Assembly (NCBI GenBank): GCA_043775015.1 | Contig: JAYVSV010000068.1 | Coordinates: forward strand, 731-64,730 | DNA length: 64,000 bases | Reading direction: 5' to 3' | From: Verrucomicrobiota bacterium | GTDB taxonomy: Bacteria; Verrucomicrobiota; Verrucomicrobiia; Limisphaerales; CANJXF01 | Shown: piece after piece, positions 16,996 through 26,631 of the stretch | Numbering within the stretch: position 1 is the first letter of the stretch | Layout: each line of letters starts with the position of its first letter | Made by a program: the position numbers and the translations under genes | Notes under the pieces: model-generated | What the model saw: the letters and a program-made list of their open reading frames with translations, nothing else | Database searches by the model: none | What the model was told of the DNA's origin: nothing

Positions 16996-18380
16996 CGTTC
17001 AATTTCAGGCCAAACCGCGTCGCGACCGTCCCAGATTTCGTATTTTTTTGTGCCCAAAGGAGCAGTTGGTTTCGGATTGCCTCCATCGTCCACACCATCT
17101 TCTCCGACCGAATAAATTACGAAACTGGTTTCTGTGATCCGATACTTGATTGGCTTTTGATCCATTACATCCCAAGGAAGTTTGGGCAAAAATTCGGGGA
17201 TCAATTCAGACAACTCCTTTGGCAGCTTGCCTCTGCGCAGTTGATACCGCCACAGAGCAACAGACGCCAGAGCCATTTGCCGTTCCGTTTCGACGTGAGC
17301 AGCTTTCTGTGAAGCCCTACTAATTGTAGGAAGTGCGATCGCGGAAAGTAGGTGTAGATATTTTCGGTAAGACCTCATCGCCGCTTGGCGACGATCCTCT
17401 TCGTCCACCAACGAAAGTTTCACTTCCCGCCAAGGCTTGCCATGTTGAAGCAGTCTTACCTGCTCCAGGCTGTGTTGAGTCGACTTCAAATAGAAAAGTT
17501 CATCTTCCTTGTAAACAGCTTTTAAGCCCTTGAGCCAAACCGTTTCAGACTGCCCTATGTAATTTGTGATCGTGCTGAGCGATTGGAAGGCTTCATTGCC
17601 TTGAATGCGATCACCAACCAAACCTTTCTCAAACGAACCCAGCAAATCAAGAGAACTAAGATCTGTTTGTGTTTGAAGGAGCTGTTCCTCCGTCCACTCC
17701 GGAGCTTGTAATGCCTCCCAAGTTGCAGAAACCGCCATTTCGGAAATAGCGACACGTATCATTTGGTTTATAAAACCAAAGTCGTCCTTCTGCATTTGGG
17801 CCAGTTGGAAAAGAGTGTGAAGGTTTTCCAATGCATTGGAAGACTGATTCTGATGCAGCCCATCGAGTGTGGCTACCGCAAGCCATCGCGCGGCAGTCCG
17901 CCGCGCAACAAATGTTTTTGGAGGGTCGAATATATTAGTCCAAGCTCCCCGTGTATCGGGTTCCGGTGAATTCAGCAGTTCGCGAATCGTTTGGAGAATT
18001 GACGCATTGTTTGTCAGGTCGCTATCGAGTTCCTCCCAGTCATTGGTTGTGCCATCGAAGTTCATTAAGTCTCCGCTCCATGTGGCTCGCGCATGTCCTG
18101 ACTCTGCACAATTCATCATGCTGAGCTTCTCTGCGCTCCCGTTCCACTGAAGTTGGCTGACGGCGTTGGTTAGAGCGATCAGATTTGGATTCCCATTTGT
18201 GCAGATCGGCGGCGGTAGATCTCCAACGAGCAGCAATTCCCCTTTGGCTCTTAGTTCGGCTTTATAATCATTGAGAGCGTTAGTTCCCGTGCGCCGATGT
18301 ATCGCGACAGTCAGCGACAGAATAAAAACCGCAACAAGCGCGATAACTGCAATTGCGATTTTGGAGCGCGAGTAGGTCAC
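16992..18380 (-). CDS. Membrane-anchored hypothetical protein with a GspG/pseudopilin-like C-terminal motif
   Basis: N-terminal TM segment; C-terminus GKLPKELSELIPEFLPKLPWD...IKYR....FVIYSVGEDGVDDGG. Confidence 0.75.
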   Translation of the reverse strand: MTYSRSKIAIAVIALVAVFILSLTVAIHRRTGTNALNDYKAELRAKGELLLVGDLPPPICTNGNPNLIALTNAVSQLQWNGSAEKLSMMNCAESGHARATWSGDLMNFDGTTNDWEELDSDLTNNASILQTIRELLNSPEPDTRGAWTNIFDPPKTFVARRTAARWLAVATLDGLHQNQSSNALENLHTLFQLAQMQKDDFGFINQMIRVAISEMAVSATWEALQAPEWTEEQLLQTQTDLSSLDLLGSFEKGLVGDRIQGNEAFQSLSTITNYIGQSETVWLKGLKAVYKEDELFYLKSTQHSLEQVRLLQHGKPWREVKLSLVDEEDRRQAAMRSYRKYLHLLSAIALPTISRASQKAAHVETERQMALASVALWRYQLRRGKLPKELSELIPEFLPKLPWDVMDQKPIKYRITETSFVIYSVGEDGVDDGGNPKPTAPLGTKKYEIWDGRDAVWPEIER

Positions 18381-18414
18381 GGGTTTGTCAAAGCAGTTTA
18401 TCGAAACGGATGAT

Positions 18415-19773
18415 TTATTTAGTCGCCAAATCTTTTGCTACATCCAGGCAGACCAATCGATCTTCGCTGCGGAGATAAAGCTTTTTGCTGGCAAGAACCG
18501 GCGCGGCCCAAGTTGGATAATGCAATTGCGGAACCTGCCAGCGGGAAAGCTCTTCATCCTTCTTGGAATTTAATTTGTAAAGCGCAAGCAGACCACCTTC
18601 GCCCAGCACGATGAGTTTGCCATCCGCTAAAATGCAGGAGCCGCGCCCGAAATTATTCGGCTGCGGTGTGCTGTGCGCCTGCCAATGTTCGTCACGATCC
18701 CAGGCCGTTTTGCCGCTTTGCCATTCCACGCAGCGAAAGCGCGCGTCGGGTTCATTGCGACCACTGAACGCGTAGAGAAAACCGTCTCGGATAATTGGCG
18801 TTGTGAAATGAATTTCCAAAACCAGGTTGCGCCAAATCTCTTCGAATTTTTGATTCTCCGGTTTGACCTTCAATAGAACGGAACCGGATTTGTAATAAGC
18901 GCTGGAAATGAAAACCTGGTTGCTGACCACGACGGGATTCGCCGCGTTGACCGATTCATCCACGCGCGCGCGAAACCAAAAACTGTCGAACACGTTTCCG
19001 GTTTTTGGATCGAGCGAGACCAAGCCCTGTCGCATGAGACAAAAAACCATACGCTTTCCGTTCACGGTGGCGAGAACGGGCGATGCGTAGCTGGCCTGTT
19101 TTTCAAAGCGCCGCCACTCCACTTTTCTTTCGCCGGGCCAGCCAGTCATCGGTATGCCGGTCCAATTTTTTTCACCGACACTTTCCCAAATCGTTTTGCC
19201 CGTTTTCGCGTCAAGCCCGACGACGCCGGAGTTCGGCTGTCCGCCAATCATCACGATCAATAAATTTTCTTCGAGCACCGGGGTGCTGCCGACGCCGAAA
19301 AACGCTTCGGGAATTTCCCATTCCTTCGAGGTGTTTCGTTGCCAGACGAGTTTGCCGGTTTTTAAATCAAGGCAGGTCAAAACTCCTTCCGCGCCGAACG
19401 TGTAACAAAAATTCTCATTGAGTAAAGGCGTGCAGCGCGGTCCGTTGTTGTAGCCGTAGGGATCTTGAAAACTGCTTGGGTAGGCGTAGCGCCAGATCGC
19501 AGTTCCTTTGATGGCATCAAAGGCTTCAACGATTTCTTCGTTCCCGAGGCGATGAAACAAAACCAGTTTTTCCCCGCGAATCGACGGCGCACTGTAGCCA
19601 GTTCCGATCTTTTTTTCCCAAACAAGCGGCGGGCCGTTGGTCGGAAATTTCTCCATCAAACCGGTTTCTGCGGAAACACCGTTTCGAGTAGGACCGAGGA
19701 ACTGCGGCCAATCGTCAGCAAACGAAGCCGTCGCGAAGAGGAAAGCAAACCAGCAAATAAAAATTCGATTCAT
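18415..19773 (-). CDS. PQQ-like beta-propeller repeat protein
   Basis: Signal peptide, then DDWPQFLGPTRNG, G.GYSAP, GPRCTP, FGVGSTP and YASP repeats. Confidence 0.88.
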   Translation of the reverse strand: MNRIFICWFAFLFATASFADDWPQFLGPTRNGVSAETGLMEKFPTNGPPLVWEKKIGTGYSAPSIRGEKLVLFHRLGNEEIVEAFDAIKGTAIWRYAYPSSFQDPYGYNNGPRCTPLLNENFCYTFGAEGVLTCLDLKTGKLVWQRNTSKEWEIPEAFFGVGSTPVLEENLLIVMIGGQPNSGVVGLDAKTGKTIWESVGEKNWTGIPMTGWPGERKVEWRRFEKQASYASPVLATVNGKRMVFCLMRQGLVSLDPKTGNVFDSFWFRARVDESVNAANPVVVSNQVFISSAYYKSGSVLLKVKPENQKFEEIWRNLVLEIHFTTPIIRDGFLYAFSGRNEPDARFRCVEWQSGKTAWDRDEHWQAHSTPQPNNFGRGSCILADGKLIVLGEGGLLALYKLNSKKDEELSRWQVPQLHYPTWAAPVLASKKLYLRSEDRLVCLDVAKDLATK

Positions 19774-20020
19774 GGGCGGGGGAAGGATTGCCCCAGAAAT
19801 GAAAGTCGGACAGAAAAAAGTTTTCGAAAATGGGTTATTTTTAAGCCGTTGGCAAATGCGATGGGTGCGCGGCCAATTTTCAAAAATCAAATCAGGGGAG
19901 CTTCACGATCAGCCACGATGTTTCGCTCAAGTACACATCTGTCATTACTTCTTGGGTTGGCATAAATAATTGAAGACTGGTTTTTAAAAAGGCATTCAGT
20001 ATGGTCATCAAAACTAACCC

Positions 20021-21022
20021 ATGAACACTGAAGAAAAAATCCATTCGCTTCGACAAAGCTATGAAGCAGTTCGCGCCGAGATCGGCAAAGTTATTGTCGG
20101 CCATGACGCGATCGTCGAGGGAACGTTGATCGCCATTTTTGGCGGTGGCCATGTTCTGCTGGAAGGCGTGCCTGGCCTCGGCAAGACGTTGCTCGTGCGG
20201 ACGCTGAGCGAAGTGCTCGACATGAGTTTCAATCGGATTCAATTCACGCCCGACCTCATGCCTGCGGACATTCTCGGCACGAACATTGTCATGGAAACAC
20301 CCGGTGGAAAACGCGAATTTGTTTTTCAACGCGGCCCAATTTTTGCGCACTTGCTTCTCGCGGACGAAATCAATCGTGCCACGCCGAAAACGCAATCGGC
20401 CATGCTCGAAGCGATGCAGGAAAAAAGCGTCACCGCTGGCGGCGAGATTCGCAAATTGGGTGAGCCCTTTTTCGTTCTCGCCACGCAAAATCCCATTGAC
20501 CAGGAAGGGACTTATCCTTTGCCCGAGGCGCAACTCGACCGTTTCTTTTTCAAGCTGGTGGTTGGTTATCCCAACGCGGCGGAATTAACGGAAGTCCTCA
20601 CCCGCACCACCGAAGGAACCAAAGCGCAAATCAATCGCGTGCTCACCAAGGAACAAATTTTGGAATTGCAGGCGCTCGTTCGGCAGGTGCCGGTGGCGTC
20701 GCATGTGAAAGATTACGCCGTCCGATTGGTGCTGGCCACGCATCCGAAAAGTGAAACGGCGGCGCCGATTAGTAATCAATATCTTCGCTTCGGCAGCAGT
20801 CCGCGCGGCGGGCAAACGCTGATTCTCGGCGCGAAAGTTCGCGCTCTCACGCACGGACGTTTCAATGTCAGCTTTGAAGACATTCAAGCCGTCGCCACCG
20901 CGGCGTTGCGCCATCGTTTGATTCTAAATTTCGAAGCCGAAGCGGAAGGGGTCACCACCGATTTAATCATTGAGCAAATTTTGAAAGATGTGCCGAAGGA
21001 TGCGATGGCGGTCAAAGTGTAA
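20021..21022 (+). CDS. MoxR family AAA+ ATPase
   Basis: LLEGVPGLGKT, RIQFTPDLMPAD, LADEINRATPKTQSAMLEAMQE and TYPLPEAQLDRF motifs. Confidence 0.95.
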   Translation: MNTEEKIHSLRQSYEAVRAEIGKVIVGHDAIVEGTLIAIFGGGHVLLEGVPGLGKTLLVRTLSEVLDMSFNRIQFTPDLMPADILGTNIVMETPGGKREFVFQRGPIFAHLLLADEINRATPKTQSAMLEAMQEKSVTAGGEIRKLGEPFFVLATQNPIDQEGTYPLPEAQLDRFFFKLVVGYPNAAELTEVLTRTTEGTKAQINRVLTKEQILELQALVRQVPVASHVKDYAVRLVLATHPKSETAAPISNQYLRFGSSPRGGQTLILGAKVRALTHGRFNVSFEDIQAVATAALRHRLILNFEAEAEGVTTDLIIEQILKDVPKDAMAVKV

Positions 21023-21071
21023 AATTTCAATTGGGCTGAATAATTTAAGTTTCCGATCTTCTGATTTATCG

Positions 21072-22430
21072 ATGCACCACGCGCTTCGTTGTCTTCTTTT
21101 TATTTTGCTTTCCCTTTGTTTTGTTTACGAAGCGAAATGTAAACCGCCCGCCAAAATTATTCCAACCAAACCAAAAGAAGAAAATATTTTCCAAAACCGC
21201 GATCCGTATCCGCGTCTCAAGAGCAAGAAGGGCCTTCAAGTCCAGATGGTGGACGATGCCATCGCGCTCGGGGTCAAGCACGCTGCCCTCAATTTCAACC
21301 TCGGCCAAATGGTGGCGCTCGAAGCATCGACAAACGATTTTTCGTGGCAGGCCGATGGGCGAATATTTTATTTCCGCCGCAGCTATATCGAAGGATTGGA
21401 TGCGACGGTGAAAACGCTTTCGGATTTCGGCGCGACCGTGAGTTTGATTTTGTTGAACTACGAAGGCGCGGACACCAACTTAAATAAGATTCTGCTCCAT
21501 CCGGGTTACGATAAATCGTGTCCGAATCATCTCAGCGCTTTCAACACCGTCACGCCCGAGGGCTTCGCCTGGTTCAAAGCTGCCATGGAATTTCTGGCCG
21601 CTCGTTATTCGGCCAAAGGTTATCCGCATGGAAGAGTGGTCAATTACATTGTCGGCAACGAAGTGAATTCGCATTGGTATTGGGCGAACATGGGGCACGT
21701 CTCGACGGAGCAATTCGCGGACGATTACCTTCGCACGGTGCGGGTTTGCCACACGGCAGTGCGGAAATTTTCTTCCAGCGCCCGGGTTTTTATTTCGCTC
21801 GAACACCATTGGAACATTCGCTACGCCGGGTGTGATGAGACGCAAGGATTTGCGGGTCGCCCGTTTGTAAATTATTTCAACCGGATGGCGAAAGCGGGCG
21901 GCGATTTCGATTGGCACATCGCGTTTCATCCTTATCCGGAAAATCTTTTTCACGCGAAAACGTGGAACGACAAGAGCGCGACGTTTTCCGACGACTCACC
22001 GCGAATCACTTTCAAAAACCTGGAGATGCTTCCGCGTTATTTGCATCAGCGCGAGTTGCTCTTTCACGGTGAGCCGCGCCGGATTATTTTGTCGGAACAA
22101 GGATTTCATTCCGACGCCACGTCGGAAGGTGAATTGACGCAAGCCGCGGCCTATTGTTACGCCTACCGAAAAGCGGCGAGTCTCGATGGCATCGATGCCT
22201 TCATCTTGCATCGGCATGTGGATCACCCGCACGAAGGGGGGCTGAATTTGGGTCTCTGGCGGCGCGATGTTTCCAAGCCCGGCAGCGCAGAACCGTTCGA
22301 AAAAAAACTGATTTACGACGTGTTCCGCGCGGCGGATACGAAGGAGTGGCAAAAGGCGTTCGAATTTGCTTTGCCCATCATCGGCATCAAGTCGTGGAAA
22401 GAAATTGAAACCAGCCGCGTCGGAAAATAG
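21072..22430 (+). CDS. DUF5722-like exported protein, probable clan GH-A glycoside hydrolase fold
   Basis: KKGLQVQMVDDAIALG, IVGNEVN (candidate acid/base), AFHPYP and ILSEQGF (candidate nucleophile). Confidence 0.7.
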   Translation: MHHALRCLLFILLSLCFVYEAKCKPPAKIIPTKPKEENIFQNRDPYPRLKSKKGLQVQMVDDAIALGVKHAALNFNLGQMVALEASTNDFSWQADGRIFYFRRSYIEGLDATVKTLSDFGATVSLILLNYEGADTNLNKILLHPGYDKSCPNHLSAFNTVTPEGFAWFKAAMEFLAARYSAKGYPHGRVVNYIVGNEVNSHWYWANMGHVSTEQFADDYLRTVRVCHTAVRKFSSSARVFISLEHHWNIRYAGCDETQGFAGRPFVNYFNRMAKAGGDFDWHIAFHPYPENLFHAKTWNDKSATFSDDSPRITFKNLEMLPRYLHQRELLFHGEPRRIILSEQGFHSDATSEGELTQAAAYCYAYRKAASLDGIDAFILHRHVDHPHEGGLNLGLWRRDVSKPGSAEPFEKKLIYDVFRAADTKEWQKAFEFALPIIGIKSWKEIETSRVGK

Positions 22431-22439
22431 AGTTCAATC

Positions 22440-23882
22440 ATGCTTTCCTCGGTTCTAAATTTTTTGCCCGCTCTAATCAAAATCACTCTTTGCCTCCTCT
22501 TCCTTCTCACTGCGATTCCGGAAATTCGTGGAGAAACCGGGGAATCGCAGCCGAATATTTTGGTGATCCTCGCCGATCAATGGCGGGCCGATGCATTTGG
22601 TTTTGCCGGCAATCCCGATGTCAAAACCCCGAACTTGGATGCGTTCCTACGTGGGAGCGTGTATTTCAAAAACGCGGTGGTCAGCGTCCCGGTTTGTTGT
22701 CCAACCCGCGCTTCTTTGCTGACGGGGCAACGCGCTTTGACGCACGGAGTTTTTATGAACGACGTGCCGTTGTCTCAGGACGCCACGAGCCTTGGTAAAG
22801 CTTTAAAAAAATCGGGCTACGACACGGCGTATGTGGGCAAATGGCACTTGAACGGGAACGGGCGCGCCAACTTTATTCCGCGAGAACGTCGGCAAGGATT
22901 CGATTACTGGAAAGTTCTCGAATGCACGCACGACTACAACAATTCGTTTTATTACGGTGATACGCCTGAAAAGTTGAAGTGGGAAGGTTACGACGCGATC
23001 GCCCAGACTCGCGACGCGCAAAATTTTATTCGCGGTCACGCCGCCAGTAAAAAACCCTTTGTATTTATGCTGGCCTGGGGACCTCCGCACGATCCTTACT
23101 TTTCCGCTCCAGAAAAATATCGTGCGAAGTATGATGCGGCTAAGTTGACGCTGCGCGGAAACGTTCCGCCTGAACTCGCCGACGAAACACGCCGCATTCT
23201 TGCCGGTTATTACGCCCACTGCACAGCGCTCGACGATTGTGTCGGCAATTTGCTTCAGACGTTGCGCGAAACCGGGTTGAGCGAAAACACGATTGTTGTC
23301 TTTACGGCAGATCACGGAGACATGCTCGGTTCGCATGGGTTTTCCAAAAAACAAAAGCCGTGGGATGAATCGATTCGTGTTCCGCTGATGTATCGCTGGC
23401 CGGATGGTTTGAAGCATCCGCGTCAAGTCGATCAGGTCATCAACTCGGAAGATTTCATGCCGACGCTCCTGGGATTATGCGGCATCAAGACGCCGAAAAC
23501 GGTGGAGGGAAAAGATTTCAGCAGCTACCTGCGCGGGAAGAAAACGGCTTCCGAAGATGCAGCACTGATTTCCTGCGTAGCGCCGTTTGGGGAATGGGAG
23601 CGTCGTCACGGAGGCAAAGAATATCGCGGAATCCGCACGGATCGTCATACCTACGTTCGCGATCTGAATGGCCCGTGGTTGCTTTTCGATAACCAAACCG
23701 ATCCGTTGCAACAAACCAATCTGGTGAACAAAACTGGCTCCGAAAAATTGCAAGCCAGGCTGGATGGAATCTTAAAAAGCAAATTGCGCGACGCTCGGGA
23801 TGAATTTTTCTCCGGCGAAGTTTACCTGAAAAAATGGGGTTACCGCACCGATGCCAATGGCACGATCCCTTACGCGAACTAG
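22440..23882 (+). CDS. Formylglycine-dependent (Cys-type) sulfatase
   Basis: PNILVILADQ, CCPTRASLLTG (CxPxR), GKWHL and TADHGDM motifs. Confidence 0.95.
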   Translation: MLSSVLNFLPALIKITLCLLFLLTAIPEIRGETGESQPNILVILADQWRADAFGFAGNPDVKTPNLDAFLRGSVYFKNAVVSVPVCCPTRASLLTGQRALTHGVFMNDVPLSQDATSLGKALKKSGYDTAYVGKWHLNGNGRANFIPRERRQGFDYWKVLECTHDYNNSFYYGDTPEKLKWEGYDAIAQTRDAQNFIRGHAASKKPFVFMLAWGPPHDPYFSAPEKYRAKYDAAKLTLRGNVPPELADETRRILAGYYAHCTALDDCVGNLLQTLRETGLSENTIVVFTADHGDMLGSHGFSKKQKPWDESIRVPLMYRWPDGLKHPRQVDQVINSEDFMPTLLGLCGIKTPKTVEGKDFSSYLRGKKTASEDAALISCVAPFGEWERRHGGKEYRGIRTDRHTYVRDLNGPWLLFDNQTDPLQQTNLVNKTGSEKLQARLDGILKSKLRDARDEFFSGEVYLKKWGYRTDANGTIPYAN

Positions 23883-23979
23883 CACGGCAGGAACGCACTG
23901 GATTGCGACCGGTTTGCCATGAAAAATCTGATTTGCAGCTTGCTTTTTGCGGCTCCGTTCGGAAGATTCCAGCCCATTT

Positions 23980-24744
23980 ATGCAATCTGAATCAACTGCT
24001 GGCTCTTGGGATTTGAACACTTTTTTGGAGTGGCTTTACGTCAACCGAATGCGGGTTGGTGTGACGTCGGTCGTTGTCGGACTAGTCTTCGCAGCCACTG
24101 CGCTTTTCACATGGAAGAAAACGCAGGATGAAGTAAAAGCCAACGCGGAGTTGTTTGCGCTGCCTTCGTTGGTCGGAGCAAATGCGAAGTCGGCTCCGGC
24201 GCGCGTGGAAGATTATCAAAAAATTGGCCGGGATTTTCCAGACACACGAGCGGCGGAACGGGCTGACTTGTTAGCCGCTGGAATTTTATTCACCGACGGC
24301 AAGTATGCCGAGTCGCAAAAAGCATTTGCAAAATTTTTGGAGCATCGTGAGTTGAGCCCGCTCCAGGCCCAGGCGGCCATTGGCGTTGCGGCCTCGCTCG
24401 AAGCACAGGGAAAGACCTCTGAAGCGATCACCAAATATCAGGAGCTGATCTCGAAGTATCCCGGGCAGAACATAGTTCCACCGGCGAAGCTCACTCTGGC
24501 CCGGCTTTACGAGGGACAAAATAAACCGGAAGAGGCGTTGAAACTTTATGCTGATTTGACGCGCACGCCGAATCCTTACGACCCGTGGAGCGCCGAAGCC
24601 GGAGAGCGCCGCGAATTGTTGCTTCAGAAATTTCCCAACCTGAAACCCGTCGCGCCAGTCATGCCAGCCCCAACTGCGCAACTGATTGCTCCGACTGCAC
24701 CGCAGGCCACGATTTCAAATAGTCCGACACCAGCGAAGAAGTAG
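23980..24744 (+). CDS. Membrane-anchored TPR protein (YfgM-like)
   Basis: Single TM segment followed by TPR-like helices; Pro/Ala-rich tail. Confidence 0.7.
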   Translation: MQSESTAGSWDLNTFLEWLYVNRMRVGVTSVVVGLVFAATALFTWKKTQDEVKANAELFALPSLVGANAKSAPARVEDYQKIGRDFPDTRAAERADLLAAGILFTDGKYAESQKAFAKFLEHRELSPLQAQAAIGVAASLEAQGKTSEAITKYQELISKYPGQNIVPPAKLTLARLYEGQNKPEEALKLYADLTRTPNPYDPWSAEAGERRELLLQKFPNLKPVAPVMPAPTAQLIAPTAPQATISNSPTPAKK

Positions 24745-24835
24745 TTCGAAATGTTTTGGGTGTTGTTCGTTGGCGAAAAGGAGCGAGCAACGCAGTCCAA
24801 ATCTCGACTTCAAATGCGCGCAATTTAATCCGAAA

Positions 24836-26125
24836 ATGAAACTCACAATCATCGGAACGGGTTACGTCGGTTTGGTGACAGGAACCTGTTTTGCCGAAGC
24901 GGGGCATCAGGTCATTTGCGTGGACAAGGATGCTGCGAAAATAAAGTTGCTCCAAACGGGCGGGATGCCGATTTACGAGCCGGGTTTGAAGGAATTGGTG
25001 GATTCGAATGTCGCCGCCGGACGGCTCTCGTTCAGCAACAGCACGCAAGAAGGCGTCGAAAAATCTGACGTTATTTTTATCGCAGTTCCAACCCCGGCGC
25101 AGTTGGATGGTTCGGTTGATTTGAGTTTCATTGAAGCCGTTTCTCGTGAGATCGCGGGAGCGATGACGAGTTACAAAATCGTGGTGGACAAAAGCACGGT
25201 GCCGGTGAAGACCGGGGATAAAGTCTCTGAAACGATCAAGCGCTATTGCAAAGCCAAAGTGGAATTTGACGTCGTCAGCAACCCGGAATTTTTGCGTGAA
25301 GGTTTTGCAGTCGATGATTTTATGCGACCGGATCGCGTTGTGGTTGGCGTCCGTTCGCAGCGGCCGGTTGCCGCGATGAAGGAAATTTACGCGCCTTATA
25401 ACGCGCCGGTGATTGTTACGGATATCAATTCGGCGGAACTCATCAAACATGCGGCGAATTCGTTTCTCGCGCTCAAGATTTCTTACATCAATGCCATTTC
25501 GGTGATATGCGAAGCGTCGGGTGCCAACGTGCAGGAAGTCGCCAATGGCATGGGGATGGACACGCGCATCGGGCGGAAATTCCTCGATGCATCGCTGGGT
25601 TTCGGCGGTAGTTGTTTTCCGAAAGATTTGAGCGCGTTCATCCAGATTTCTGATCAACTCGGCTACAACTTTGGTTTGCTCAAGGAAGTTCAGCGCATCA
25701 ACGATGAACAGATGGAGCGCTTCGTTAAAAAAATTATTGAGACGCTTTGGGTGTTGAAAAACAAAACGATCGGTGTGCTCGGTTTGGCTTTTAAACAAAA
25801 CACGGATGATGTGCGCATGTCTCCGGCGATTGATCTTTGTTTGCGCTTACAAAAAGAGGGCGCGGTGTTGCGCGTGCATGATCCGCGCGCGATGGAAAAA
25901 GCCAGATCGGTTTTGAAAGATGTCACATTTGTCGAGGACATGAATGAAGTTGCGGATGGGTGTGATGCTCTGATCGTTGCCACGGAATGGCCGGAATTTA
26001 AAAAATTGGATCTTGAACGGGCGCGCAAAGCGTTGACTCACCCGATCTTGTTCGATGGCCGAAACCTGTTCGATGTGCAGGAAATGGAACGGCTCGGTTT
26101 CATCTACAAAAGCATCGGGAGATGA
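24836..26125 (+). CDS. ugd: UDP-glucose 6-dehydrogenase
   Basis: IGTGYVG, FIAVPTP, NPEFLREG, GFGGSCFPKD and GLAFKQNTDD motifs. Confidence 0.96.
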   Translation: MKLTIIGTGYVGLVTGTCFAEAGHQVICVDKDAAKIKLLQTGGMPIYEPGLKELVDSNVAAGRLSFSNSTQEGVEKSDVIFIAVPTPAQLDGSVDLSFIEAVSREIAGAMTSYKIVVDKSTVPVKTGDKVSETIKRYCKAKVEFDVVSNPEFLREGFAVDDFMRPDRVVVGVRSQRPVAAMKEIYAPYNAPVIVTDINSAELIKHAANSFLALKISYINAISVICEASGANVQEVANGMGMDTRIGRKFLDASLGFGGSCFPKDLSAFIQISDQLGYNFGLLKEVQRINDEQMERFVKKIIETLWVLKNKTIGVLGLAFKQNTDDVRMSPAIDLCLRLQKEGAVLRVHDPRAMEKARSVLKDVTFVEDMNEVADGCDALIVATEWPEFKKLDLERARKALTHPILFDGRNLFDVQEMERLGFIYKSIGR

Positions 26126-26222
26126 GTTTTAAATTTTAATTTTTAAGTTGTGAGTTGAGGTGAAAGGTATGGCCAACGGTTCTGATGCAACTCAAAATTC
26201 AAAACTTAAAACTCAAAATTTA
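26123..26222. repeat. Palindromic element built from 7-bp tandem units
   Basis: Five t(g/a)agttt-like units (26123-26157) face five aaactca-like units (26188-26222). Confidence 0.75.
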
Positions 26223-26615
26223 GTCCAGGTTTCCGCCGGACTCGTTTTTCGCGGAGGAAAACTTCTCATTACTCAACGACGTTCCGAAGATCATCTGGGC
26301 GGTTTGTGGGAATTTCCCGGCGGCAAACGCGAGTGCGACGAAAGCGATGAAGATTGTCTATGCAGGGAATTGCAGGAGGAGTTGGGAATCGAAGTTAGAG
26401 TCAGAGACTTAATCGAAACCATTGACCACACCTACCCGGAGAAAACTGTTCGCCTCAAATTCTTCCGGTGCGCTTTGCTTAAAAATGAACCGCAACCAAT
26501 CGGTTGCGCTGCGTTTGCGTGGGTCATTGCGGGTGAACTGGAGAACTATGCTTTTCCTGAGGCAGATGCGCAGTTGTTGGAAAAACTGCGCACCACGCCC
26601 GAGTTGTGGGCTTAG
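26169..26615 (+). CDS. mutT: MutT-like Nudix hydrolase (8-oxo-dGTP diphosphatase)
   Basis: LWEFPGGKRE...RELQEELGI Nudix box. Start uncertain. Confidence 0.88.
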   Translation: MANGSDATQNSKLKTQNLVQVSAGLVFRGGKLLITQRRSEDHLGGLWEFPGGKRECDESDEDCLCRELQEELGIEVRVRDLIETIDHTYPEKTVRLKFFRCALLKNEPQPIGCAAFAWVIAGELENYAFPEADAQLLEKLRTTPELWA

Positions 26616-26631
26616 TGCGCAGCGGAAATTT

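Noticed and set aside
19892-20533. 213-aa antisense ORF
   Set aside because: Shadow of the MoxR gene.
24659-25798. 379-aa antisense ORF
   Set aside because: Shadow of ugd.
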